From a virus (taxonomy: Duplodnaviria; Caudoviricetes): 64,000 nt of DNA. Both the position numbers and the translations under genes were made by a program. The stretch spans positions 2,982 to 66,981 of IMG/VR virus record IMGVR_UViG_3300021958_010858; one strand, written 5' to 3'. Of this stretch, positions 26,156 to 34,521 are shown piece after piece. Below the pieces are notes generated by a model. The model was not told the origin of the DNA. It worked only from the letters and a program-made list of their open reading frames with translations, and made no database searches. Position 1 is the stretch's first letter; each line of letters begins with the position of its first letter.

Positions 26156-28183
26156 TTATTTTATAAAGATAAATTCGTGTGTGTTTAATAGAATCCATGA
26201 AACGTGTTTGAATCCATCTTTCTCGTCTATAAAGTCTTTTAGTTTATTTGATTCGTTTGTTTTTGGCTTTCTTGATAAAATTGATAAGAAAGCATTTTCC
26301 ACTTGTTTTTGTTTGCTGTTTTCTTTCTGCATTAATTTAATAAAGTCGGCGTCTTTTTTATTTAAAATATTACTTTCTACAAATCCATTTAATAAATTAA
26401 GAACTTGGGTTGTATTGGGTTCTGAATTGCTGTTGTCTATTTGTTCTTTGTCGCTGCCCCCAAATTGTCTAATTAAGTGTCCTCCAGGTGCAGGATACTG
26501 AAGGTAACTGCTTCTAACTAAATTCCTATCTTTAATTCGTTTTTCTTTATCTGAGCCAGAATAAATAATTGCAAGTAGATTTCGATTGCCGTCATTTTCT
26601 GAGGCAAGTTGTTTAAAATCAGCATAAATTTCTTCCCCCGTCATGTCTTTGTACCTTTCGTATAATGGAGTATAATCTTGTTGGTTGTGTAGATAAACTC
26701 TATCTTTTGAATCTATATTGTTATAAACTAAGGTTACTAACGAGTCCCATAATTGCTCCCCAGTCATTCTTCTTAAAATTGGTCCCTGAAAATTATAATC
26801 CTCAAGGGTTTTATAATCTTCTTTTTTACTTTCTCTTTGAAAAAGTTTTGTGTTGAGCAAGATTCTCTTATATTCCCTGAGATCATAATTAACACTCACC
26901 ATTAATCTTTCCAAATATTTCATTAGCTTTTCGTTGCTTGCTAGGGTATTGTCCATCATTGAGTCTATCGGCTCTATTAAGCCTGCGCCAAAAATATGTT
27001 TCCAGATTCTATTTGCTATCATAGTCGTAAATCTCGGGTTGTCTTTGCTGGTTAACCAGTCTGCAAAAACTTCTCTGCTTTTTCCCTCTACTGCTTCTGT
27101 TGGTTTTGGAGTGAAGATTGCCTTGGCCATAACTAAATCTCCAGGTTTTCCATCGTCTTCTGCGAAATCTTTTGGTAGTTTTATGGTGCCCGTTCCATTG
27201 TTTTCTATTCCGAATTGGATTGAATCTCTAACTTGATTTCTCCAATTATTAAATAAGCCAGCCTTTTCATCTCCGTCTCTATTGATCGCTCTACTTAGTT
27301 CGCCTATAGCTTTGCCCCCCTCTTTCAGCCTAACATTTCCAATACCAGATGTGAAAGCGGTCATTTCGTAAAACTGTCTTTGGGTCCACTTGTCAAAGGG
27401 GTGATCGTGGCACATTGCACACTCAAGTTTTGTTCCCAGAAAAATACGAATGGTATGAGAAAGATTGTCTTCTTGCATGCCCCTGTCTCTAAGATAATAA
27501 CTTATTGCCTCTCCTCCATCTAAAAGCTTGCCGCTGCTACTCAATAACTCTCGGACTATTTTGTCATAGGGCTTTTTGTTTTCCAATTGTACCCTTAACC
27601 ATTTCCTATAAACCGACCCAACGTTTATATTTGTTCCGCTTACCCTATCTTTTATTCTTAGCATATCGCTCCACCAATTTAATTGGTGATTGACGTATCC
27701 ATTTGAATTCAAAAGTTTTTGAATCAACTTATCTTTTTTATTGCTGTCTCTATCATCTATAAAAGCTTGTAGTTCAGATTGAGTTGGAATTCTACCTATA
27801 ATTGTCAAGTATAGTCTTCTTGCGTAGGTATAGTCATCTAATTCTTTGGTTTTTTGTAGTTTTTTTGCTCTTAAATTTTGTTCTATCAAGCTGTCAATAT
27901 ATGATACGTAGGAATTTAATGTTCTTTGATCTAGTGGTCCTTTCGATTGAGGTATGGTACTGTATCTGCCTTGTGAATGATATAGCTCTACTTGTTTTTG
28001 AGAGTCTTCCGTGAGCAAGCCTATCTCGAATCTAAACTGCTGTAGGTCTTTTGCCCTCTGTATTCTTACGTGCGTTTCGTTTGCATCTAATATTTTAGCC
28101 TCTAAAATATTTCCGTCATTAAAATAGAGTTTTTCCGCAAAAATTACAAGCGGTAAAAAAAACAATATTGCTAGTGCCTTCAT
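26156..28183 (-). CDS. DUF1549 (PSCyt2)/DUF1553 (PSD1) protein with signal peptide and SHD1-like N-domain
   Basis: ARRLYL.IIGRIPT, FLGTKLECAMCHDHPFDKW (CxxCH), DWLTSKDNPRF...NRIWK..FG.GL. Confidence 0.92.
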   Translation of the reverse strand: MKALAILFFLPLVIFAEKLYFNDGNILEAKILDANETHVRIQRAKDLQQFRFEIGLLTEDSQKQVELYHSQGRYSTIPQSKGPLDQRTLNSYVSYIDSLIEQNLRAKKLQKTKELDDYTYARRLYLTIIGRIPTQSELQAFIDDRDSNKKDKLIQKLLNSNGYVNHQLNWWSDMLRIKDRVSGTNINVGSVYRKWLRVQLENKKPYDKIVRELLSSSGKLLDGGEAISYYLRDRGMQEDNLSHTIRIFLGTKLECAMCHDHPFDKWTQRQFYEMTAFTSGIGNVRLKEGGKAIGELSRAINRDGDEKAGLFNNWRNQVRDSIQFGIENNGTGTIKLPKDFAEDDGKPGDLVMAKAIFTPKPTEAVEGKSREVFADWLTSKDNPRFTTMIANRIWKHIFGAGLIEPIDSMMDNTLASNEKLMKYLERLMVSVNYDLREYKRILLNTKLFQRESKKEDYKTLEDYNFQGPILRRMTGEQLWDSLVTLVYNNIDSKDRVYLHNQQDYTPLYERYKDMTGEEIYADFKQLASENDGNRNLLAIIYSGSDKEKRIKDRNLVRSSYLQYPAPGGHLIRQFGGSDKEQIDNSNSEPNTTQVLNLLNGFVESNILNKKDADFIKLMQKENSKQKQVENAFLSILSRKPKTNESNKLKDFIDEKDGFKHVSWILLNTHEFIFIK

Positions 28184-28335
28184 ATAACCCCTCTTTTTCT
28201 CTTAATATAGAAATAAAGAAGCGCTGCTATCAGTGCTCCCCAGTAGATAATGTTTGTTTTGTGTTCTACGTGTTCACATGAACCGCTTGCGCATTCTAAG
28301 TATTGTGGGTCGATTTTATCTAGTATAGTTTTCAT
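28180..28335 (-). CDS. 51-aa membrane protein with Cys/His motif (not in ORF track)
   Basis: MKTILDKIDPQYLECASGSCEHVEH...YWGALIAALLYFYIKRKRGVI*; ATGA overlap with the DUF1549 gene. Confidence 0.6.
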   Translation of the reverse strand: MKTILDKIDPQYLECASGSCEHVEHKTNIIYWGALIAALLYFYIKRKRGVI

Positions 28336-28337
28336 TT

Positions 28338-30041
28338 TTAATTTTTGGTGTATTTTCCGTCAGTTAAGCCTGCTCCACTTACTTGTAGATCAATGCCTAT
28401 CCTCTTTGAGGCGTTTAGTATTAGGTCCATATAGTACTGGGGCTCTGCCTCTGACCTCGCGTGGTACTCGTCACTAAATACAATTCCATTTTTATTTTTT
28501 ATGTTTTGTTGATTATTGTCTCTATGGTATTTTTTTAAATTTTCTTGCTCAAGATATCCTTGCCCATTCCATGCAAACTGTACCATTTCTTTGAATGATT
28601 TAGAGAATACCTTACCCCTATCTACTTGAAAAATAACTCCTCTGTAAAGTCCATTGTATCCATTTAATTGATTCTTGAGTTTGGATAGGTCGTGGCTATA
28701 TTTATTTTGCGGAACTTTATTAAAATTTGGTAGGTGGTAATCTGGCGCAGCTTCGTCCTGAAAAGCTATAGCTAATACATTGTCTTTTTTTGAGGCTTGT
28801 GTGAAAAAGTTTAACGTTCTTTCTCCAGCGTCATCTATAATTGTTACCCTTTTATTGTATAGCGACTCATCGTTATTGTAATAGGGGAGCAGCGCTTTTT
28901 TCAACAATGTTTCCTTCATCTCCTCTAGTTTTACTCTGGTTGACAAAAGGCTTCCGCTTCCATCTACATGTATCATGATATGTAGAGCGCCATTTTGCGG
29001 GAGGTGATCGTAATTATATTCCCCTCTTCCGTTTGCGCCATACCCTACTCCTTGACCAACTCCCGTAGCCATTCCTAAACTTTCTTTAATATAACCTTGG
29101 GTTAAGCCTGCTGCCCCTCCAGCTCCAGCTCCTCCTATGAGACCTCCAACTCCCCCCGAAGGAATTGCATCTGAGGGTTGGCTCTCTAGGGGTTTTGCTC
29201 CTGTACCCACGCCCCCTAAGGTTGGAACCACCTCGCCATTAAGCATTCCCTCTCCAATTCCTCCACTAATGCCAGCGCCAGCTCCTGACCCAGCACCTAT
29301 TGCAGAAGATCCAATTCCCGCTCCGACTCCTTGGCTTGGGTAACTATAGGCATAAAGCTGCCCACCCTTTCCCGTTCCATAACCTTTACTATCTTTACTG
29401 AAATCTAAATCTATATCCCCAAGTTCTTCGTCATTGTCTCTAGCCAAAGTTATCTTTGACATGTCTACATCATTGTCATATTCGCGAAATCCGATCTTGT
29501 CATGTCGATTTAACTTATCTTTTTTTGTATTTTTGCCAAAAATATCTTTTCCATCTAATTCCTTTAGCCTTCTGTCTAGAAGTCCAAGGTCAATGCTCTG
29601 ATCCAACCTATCTGTGATATGAGTTTTATCAATGACATCATGAGAACTATTGTTCCTATGAATCCCAGAAACGAAATCACTGCCAGTATCAATGACTGAA
29701 TGAACTTGCTCATCTCTATCTAAATCTATGTGTAAACCCCGAGAATTTCTTAAATTGTTATGTAAAAGATCTACATTATTATCTAATGTAGTTATGCGTT
29801 TGTTTTTTACGTTATTGGGTTTGGTTGTGTGGTGATGATCATTAATATACACCACTTTTGTTTCATGAGAAATGTTTTGTATCTCGGATTTGTTGTCATC
29901 TGGAGCGCTCACAATCTCAAGTTTTTCTGCACTCGCCCTATCTTTTAAGTTCATTAAAACTAAAAAGAAAAAGATAATTGCGCATATGTAACCAGCAATT
30001 AAATTTACTAGCGATGTTTTTTTGAGTTTTTTATTTTTCAT
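28338..30041 (-). CDS. membrane-anchored protein with Gly-rich linker and C-terminal vWA-like domain
   Basis: N-terminal TM; His/Asp/Asn-rich segment; GAG-rich tract; IMIHVDGSGS MIDAS (DxSxS). Confidence 0.65.
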   Translation of the reverse strand: MKNKKLKKTSLVNLIAGYICAIIFFFLVLMNLKDRASAEKLEIVSAPDDNKSEIQNISHETKVVYINDHHHTTKPNNVKNKRITTLDNNVDLLHNNLRNSRGLHIDLDRDEQVHSVIDTGSDFVSGIHRNNSSHDVIDKTHITDRLDQSIDLGLLDRRLKELDGKDIFGKNTKKDKLNRHDKIGFREYDNDVDMSKITLARDNDEELGDIDLDFSKDSKGYGTGKGGQLYAYSYPSQGVGAGIGSSAIGAGSGAGAGISGGIGEGMLNGEVVPTLGGVGTGAKPLESQPSDAIPSGGVGGLIGGAGAGGAAGLTQGYIKESLGMATGVGQGVGYGANGRGEYNYDHLPQNGALHIMIHVDGSGSLLSTRVKLEEMKETLLKKALLPYYNNDESLYNKRVTIIDDAGERTLNFFTQASKKDNVLAIAFQDEAAPDYHLPNFNKVPQNKYSHDLSKLKNQLNGYNGLYRGVIFQVDRGKVFSKSFKEMVQFAWNGQGYLEQENLKKYHRDNNQQNIKNKNGIVFSDEYHARSEAEPQYYMDLILNASKRIGIDLQVSGAGLTDGKYTKN

Positions 30042-30234
30042 TAAGTACTCCCTTTTTGAAAGAATTTATTAAAGCTGTTACTCCTTCTTGGTTTTTGGTC
30101 ATTATATTTTCTCCGTTAATTAAAGATATCTTCCAGAATCCCGTTGATTTTTTGTGTTTAACATAAACTACATTTTTGGGGTTTATGTGGTAGGACTCTT
30201 CGGCGGTATCCTCAATTGTTATTATTGTTTTCAT
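30031..30234 (-). CDS. hypothetical protein
   Basis: 67-aa tiled ORF. Confidence 0.55.
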   Translation of the reverse strand: MKTIITIEDTAEESYHINPKNVVYVKHKKSTGFWKISLINGENIMTKNQEGVTALINSFKKGVLNEK

Positions 30235-30235
30235 A

Positions 30236-30484
30236 TTACCAAGGGCTTATTTCGTATCCAAATGTATTAAAAATTAAGTTTAGTATCCATAATATCAATA
30301 AATATATTGGAAGTTCTATTAGGAACTGCTTCCATAAAGGTTGGCTCAGCTTCCATGTTTTAAACCTATTTGGTTTGTCGACGCCAGTTTTTGCTGCAAG
30401 CTTTTTTGTTAGGAATTTTGTAATATTTCCTTGTAATCCCTTTAGCCATATCAGGGGGAAAAAGATTTTTCTTATTAATTGCAT
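30236..30484 (-). CDS. small membrane protein
   Basis: ORF track 30236-30544; ATG 30484 preferred; C-terminal TM. Confidence 0.5.
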   Translation of the reverse strand: MQLIRKIFFPLIWLKGLQGNITKFLTKKLAAKTGVDKPNRFKTWKLSQPLWKQFLIELPIYLLILWILNLIFNTFGYEISPW

Positions 30485-30627
30485 TTGCAATCTGCGCAAT
30501 TCTTTTCGCAATTTTCGCAATGACAAATCTTGTCTCCGTTGCATTTATGCGTTAAATATAATCGTGTTTCCACTGTTGTGCAGTTGCAGAAACATAACGA
30601 ACTTATTGCTAATAGTATGTATTTCAT
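30475..30627 (-). CDS. 50-aa Cys-rich, metallothionein-like exported peptide (not in ORF track)
   Basis: MKYILLAISSLCFCNCTTVETRLYLTHKCNGDKICHCENCEKNCADCKCN*, 10 Cys. Confidence 0.6.
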   Translation of the reverse strand: MKYILLAISSLCFCNCTTVETRLYLTHKCNGDKICHCENCEKNCADCKCN

Positions 30628-30637
30628 AATTTTATTA

Positions 30638-30859
30638 TTAATATATATTTTTTTGCTTCAAAGTCAATTTTTCTTTTCTAAGCTCTTCCATAAAAAATTT
30701 TATTGACGCTAGGTCATTATTTTCTATCGCAACTCTAAGTTCATGTCTATATACTTTTATCCAGTCTCTTTCTTTTTCGTTAAATTTAGTATCTTCGGGC
30801 ATTGGGTTATGTGTCGTAACGCAACTTGTTAGTAGAATTACTGGCCATAACTTAAACAC
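30638..30859 (-). CDS. putative lipoprotein
   Basis: MFKLWPVILLTSC lipobox; preceded by GTGTAAATTACTAT. Confidence 0.55.
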   Translation of the reverse strand: MFKLWPVILLTSCVTTHNPMPEDTKFNEKERDWIKVYRHELRVAIENNDLASIKFFMEELRKEKLTLKQKNIY

Positions 30860-30894
30860 ATAGTAATTTACACCCTATTCTGGGGTTTGAGAAG

Positions 30895-31806
30895 TTATTG
30901 GATTGTATATTTACTTAAGGAATCCCTTAATGCGTCCTCTGTTGACCTGATTTTAACGTATTTTTCAATTTTTGTCGTATCAAGTACGCAATTTGATCTC
31001 GGTGCTATTGTTTGTTGCATAAAAGTATCTAAATTACTAAAAAATTTAAATTGTTTATCTGATAAGTTATGCTTTTTAATTAATTCCACAACATCTTTTG
31101 TGGTTAAGCTTCCTTTGTTGGTTATATTATAGATTCCGTATGGAACTTGTTTTTCTATTAAATCTATTGCATACTTTGCAAAATCAGCTCTATGTGACAA
31201 AGAGTTTTTTGCATCTAATAGTGTATCGTATGATAAAAGTTTTGTGAGGTAATTTCTTGGAGACGCGTGTTCGTCGAAGGGTATACGTAGCCTGAATATA
31301 TAAGAATCGGGGTTGTTTTGAGATACAACTTTCTCCGCAAGCGCCTTTGTTCCGCTGTAAAAACTGCCGTTTTGAAAATTAAAGTTGGGTTCATCTTCTT
31401 CGGTGAAGTCTTTTTCATATCCACCATAAATGCAACCCGAGCTAATGTGAACATATTGATAACAGCGATCTTCGCAAAGCTGCGAAAGCATTGCGGGTAG
31501 CAAAACGTTTCCCTCTATACAGTCTGCTTTTGCTAACTCACAAGCATCAACATTTGGCTTGCCTATGTATCCTGCACAATTAATTATAATAATTTTTTCG
31601 CCTTCGAGTAGGTTGCGATTGAGATTGTTTAATAAAAACAAATCCAGCTGAGATTTATTAGTATAGTCTACATCTTTGCGAGAAAGTGTGATGTGGGTTA
31701 GGTTTCGTGACTGTAGTTCTTTTGTTATAGCTTCTGCTATGTAGCCATTTTTGCCGAGCATTAAGTACATATAAGTTTTATATATTTCTTTTTTTAAGAA
31801 AATCAA
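30895..31806 (-). CDS. NDP-4-keto-6-deoxyglucose 3,5-epimerase/4-reductase-like (RmlD/UER1 family)
   Basis: GKNGYIA, NCAGYIGKPNVDACE, HISSGCIY, SFYSGTK, RLRIPF. Confidence 0.85.
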   Translation of the reverse strand: MIFLKKEIYKTYMYLMLGKNGYIAEAITKELQSRNLTHITLSRKDVDYTNKSQLDLFLLNNLNRNLLEGEKIIIINCAGYIGKPNVDACELAKADCIEGNVLLPAMLSQLCEDRCYQYVHISSGCIYGGYEKDFTEEDEPNFNFQNGSFYSGTKALAEKVVSQNNPDSYIFRLRIPFDEHASPRNYLTKLLSYDTLLDAKNSLSHRADFAKYAIDLIEKQVPYGIYNITNKGSLTTKDVVELIKKHNLSDKQFKFFSNLDTFMQQTIAPRSNCVLDTTKIEKYVKIRSTEDALRDSLSKYTIQ

Positions 31807-31808
31807 AT

Positions 31809-31831
31809 AAAAAGCGGCTCAATGCCGCTTT
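31809..31831 (-). terminator. intrinsic terminator after hsp20
   Basis: AAAGCGGC-ATTGA-GCCGCTTT followed by a T-run. Confidence 0.8.
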
Positions 31832-31841
31832 AATTTTAAAA

Positions 31842-32300
31842 TTATAATATTTTAATTTTCTTTGGTTTTTCTGGCTCTTTCTTTGGTAGTTCAACCAACA
31901 GGATTCCATTGTTGAAATCTGCTTTGGTTTTTTTGCAGTCGATATTATCTCCAAGTTTAAAAGACCGCTTGAATGAAGAGCGTTTTAATTCTTTACGGAT
32001 GTATCTGGTCTTCGTATCCTCGCTGTGGCTGTGCTTCAATCCAGAAATGGTCAGCACATTTTCTTCTAGATCAACGGAGACTTCTTCTTTTCCTAGTCCT
32101 GGAATTTCTGCTTCTATGGTAATCTTGTCATCGTGGTCGATTACATCCACTTTGGGATAAGAATTGTTTCCAAAGAACTCTATGCCAAATTCTTGGCCAA
32201 AGGCTGGAAAGGCTTTCGCTAGAACATTGTCGAACAGCGAATCGAACGGGGTGAGAAATTCATCTCTACTTACTCTTGATGGTATTTTTTTATATGTCAT
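31842..32300 (-). CDS. small heat-shock protein Hsp20/alpha-crystallin
   Basis: PKVDVI, AEIPGL, LTISG, FKRSF.L, A.FNNGIL.V.LPK; AAGGAG Shine-Dalgarno. Confidence 0.95.
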   Translation of the reverse strand: MTYKKIPSRVSRDEFLTPFDSLFDNVLAKAFPAFGQEFGIEFFGNNSYPKVDVIDHDDKITIEAEIPGLGKEEVSVDLEENVLTISGLKHSHSEDTKTRYIRKELKRSSFKRSFKLGDNIDCKKTKADFNNGILLVELPKKEPEKPKKIKIL

Positions 32301-32375
32301 TTTAACTCCTTGTTTGAATGTTAGTGAGCCCTTTCGGCACTCAAGAAGCCTCGTTTGAGTACTTCCATATATATT

Positions 32376-32392
32376 ATAGCTAAAATTATGCC
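32376..32392 (-). promoter_or_regulatory. sigma54-type -24/-12 promoter candidate
   Basis: TTGGCATAATTTTAGCT with GG and GC at consensus spacing. Confidence 0.5.
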
Positions 32393-32401
32393 AAAATCAA
32401 A

Positions 32402-32476
32402 TTAAAATAAAATTTGAAGTGCAATCGCCAGAGATAAGAGGGCTGCTATTTGCCAGAGTTTTACGTGATGAATCAT
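32402..32476 (-). CDS. 24-aa hydrophobic peptide (not in ORF track)
   Basis: MIHHVKLWQIAALLSLAIALQILF*. Confidence 0.45.
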   Translation of the reverse strand: MIHHVKLWQIAALLSLAIALQILF

Positions 32477-32505
32477 ATCTTTATTATATGAGGATTTGAC
32501 AAAAA

Positions 32506-33450
32506 TCAAATTTTTAAAAAATCGCTTTTCCAGAAATGCATATCTAGCCACTCTTCATTATCTGAAAAAATAGCTTTTATTTGTGGTGAGACGTCTCCTA
32601 TTGTCTTTGATTCTGTATGTATCATATCTATAATATCTTGAATGCAGCTTGGTCTTAGAAGGCATTTTTCTCCTTGATTTCTATAAAAATCAAAGACTGT
32701 ATGTCGGGTGGACGAGAAATGTTTTAAGCGTAAACTCGAAAAGTCTTCTTTTTGTATCGCGCGAGGCCTAACTGCAATCGTTTTTACTCCCATGTATCCA
32801 AGTTCTTTAGCGGTTAACATTGACCCTCCCGCACTAAAGTTTAGGTTTAGAAAGCACTTGTCGTAATAGTCTCTTTTTAGCGTTTTGTAATCAAAATAGT
32901 CTGCTAGGGATTCGTGGTTTGTGGTAATAAATTCGTAGGAAACTGATTCTTTAAGTATTTCAATCATACTCATTTCTTGGGGATTTGCGCTTCTCCATGT
33001 GCTGTGATAGTAAATTTTGTCGCCCTTTTCTTGTGGACGATATAGGGACATATCTTTTAGCTCTGGTTGGAACCCTTTAACGACTATATTTTCGGGAATT
33101 TTCGCAAAAGTCTTTTCTCTTCGTCTATTTCTAGATTGAAATTGCCTATTTTCTGACCCATTAAGGCCTGCCATTATGTATACATTTTTTAACCTTACTA
33201 GCCAGTCTTTGTTTTTTTTTATAAAGTTATGGGCGTCTATTAAGGAAACTGGGTGGAGTAATATTTCATGGTTACACTGTGTAGAGTAGTGTTTTATTTT
33301 TTCTGCGCTGTTGCCTCCGAGACCGAAAAAGAAACACGGAGAAGTGTAACTTGGGCTCTCGCTATGGTCAGAAAAATTCCACCTAGATAAAAAGTCGTGT
33401 TTAAACTTTTTTGCTAGTTCGGGTTGTACATAGGCTTGATTTACTTTCAT
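32506..33450 (-). CDS. hypothetical protein, possibly GT-B-like
   Basis: 314 aa; preceded by GTGTATATATGATAT-ATG. Confidence 0.5.
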   Translation of the reverse strand: MKVNQAYVQPELAKKFKHDFLSRWNFSDHSESPSYTSPCFFFGLGGNSAEKIKHYSTQCNHEILLHPVSLIDAHNFIKKNKDWLVRLKNVYIMAGLNGSENRQFQSRNRRREKTFAKIPENIVVKGFQPELKDMSLYRPQEKGDKIYYHSTWRSANPQEMSMIEILKESVSYEFITTNHESLADYFDYKTLKRDYYDKCFLNLNFSAGGSMLTAKELGYMGVKTIAVRPRAIQKEDFSSLRLKHFSSTRHTVFDFYRNQGEKCLLRPSCIQDIIDMIHTESKTIGDVSPQIKAIFSDNEEWLDMHFWKSDFLKI

Positions 33451-33471
33451 ATATCATATATACACAGAAAT

Positions 33472-33636
33472 TTACTTTAAACACCTTTTGTCATATGTTC
33501 CAAGCCAGCATATAAACGCTATGGTAAAACTAAATAAGCAAGTGAAGTCTTTATGGCATGCTAGAACGAAAGCCGCCCATATATTTATGGCACTAAGGCA
33601 GAGAAGAAGTTTTCCTCTTGCCGTGTACCTTGTCAT
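33472..33636 (-). CDS. 54-aa membrane protein (not in ORF track)
   Basis: MTRYTARGKLLLCLSAINIW...; AGGGAG SD-like leader. Confidence 0.55.
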   Translation of the reverse strand: MTRYTARGKLLLCLSAINIWAAFVLACHKDFTCLFSFTIAFICWLGTYDKRCLK

Positions 33637-33643
33637 CTCTCCC

Positions 33644-33826
33644 TTAAGATTCTAGCTTATCGTCTAGCTGTTCTTGGATTTCCTTAATCCTATCTCTTAG
33701 TGTGCCTACTGTGGTTTTTAAGTAGCCACAATCTTGCGGCTCAATTCTAGACTCCAAAACCCTAACTTCTTCATGTAAGACGTGAAGATGTCTTACCATG
33801 TCTCTTATTTCTTTCATATTATTCAT
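33644..33826 (-). CDS. small phage-type coiled-coil protein
   Basis: VLESRIEPQDCG.LKT. Confidence 0.6.
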   Translation of the reverse strand: MNNMKEIRDMVRHLHVLHEEVRVLESRIEPQDCGYLKTTVGTLRDRIKEIQEQLDDKLES

Positions 33827-34143
33827 TGATTATTTTCGCACAAAAATTCTGCCATTTCTTGTATTCCTATTTCTTGCAAAATATCTGCTCCAAGTTTATT
33901 GTAAATTTCTTTGTCAGAAAAGCCTTCTAGTTTTGCCCACCTATACTTTTTTCCGTCTCTACGAAAACATCTTATTTGATCATTCTCGCAAACTCCTAGG
34001 CATCCCCATTTGTTTCTTCCAGACTTTAGTATAATTACTTTGTTTCTTATGCTTGATTTCAGGTCACTGTGCTTTAGTTTCACTCCTCTTTCTTCGCAAA
34101 ACTGCTTTAGAGCTTCTAAAGCTGTGACCAATCGAAAGCTCAT
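33823..34143 (-). CDS. hypothetical protein
   Basis: 106-aa tiled ORF. Confidence 0.55.
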   Translation of the reverse strand: MSFRLVTALEALKQFCEERGVKLKHSDLKSSIRNKVIILKSGRNKWGCLGVCENDQIRCFRRDGKKYRWAKLEGFSDKEIYNKLGADILQEIGIQEMAEFLCENNQ

Positions 34144-34460
34144 TAAGCTTCAAGCATATCGGGAATATCTGATGTAGCCTCTTGGCTTGTCGAAACCTCT
34201 TCGCTACCTGTATTTTCTACAGTATTCTGCGCAGAGTCTTCTGCTTGATAAACAATGAAGTCTGGAGCTTTTGGGTTGTCCTTTTTGTATTTGTTTGTAA
34301 ATACAACAAGCTTTACATTTGTTTCTACCCCAAACTCTCCAACTTTAACGTGTCCAGAAAGATAGTTTTGGTTTCTTCCTTCTCTCCTCCAGAGTGCTCC
34401 CATTTCTCTATTCTTCCAGCCGTTATTGTTTTCTTGATTATTGGTATTTTCTTCGCTCAT
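34143..34460 (-). CDS. DUF736-like protein (possible ssDNA-binding, acidic tail)
   Basis: MGALWRRE...YLSG...KAPDF; acidic C-terminus. Confidence 0.6.
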   Translation of the reverse strand: MSEENTNNQENNNGWKNREMGALWRREGRNQNYLSGHVKVGEFGVETNVKLVVFTNKYKKDNPKAPDFIVYQAEDSAQNTVENTGSEEVSTSQEATSDIPDMLEA

Positions 34461-34521
34461 AATATTGTTTTAATTGTTAATGATGCTTACAATATAAAAC
34501 AACTTTGAGATTCGTCAAGAA

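Noticed and set aside
28980-29400. GC-rich repetitive tract as a DNA repeat or ncRNA
   Set aside because: Accounted for by Gly/Ala codons of the 567-aa protein's linker.
32320-32366. CIRCE element before hsp20
   Set aside because: Arms match only partly and the spacer is 14 nt rather than the required 9.
32427-32458. GCCAGAG direct repeat as a sigma54 enhancer site
   Set aside because: Falls inside the 24-aa ORF 32402-32476, and two 7-mers are weak evidence.
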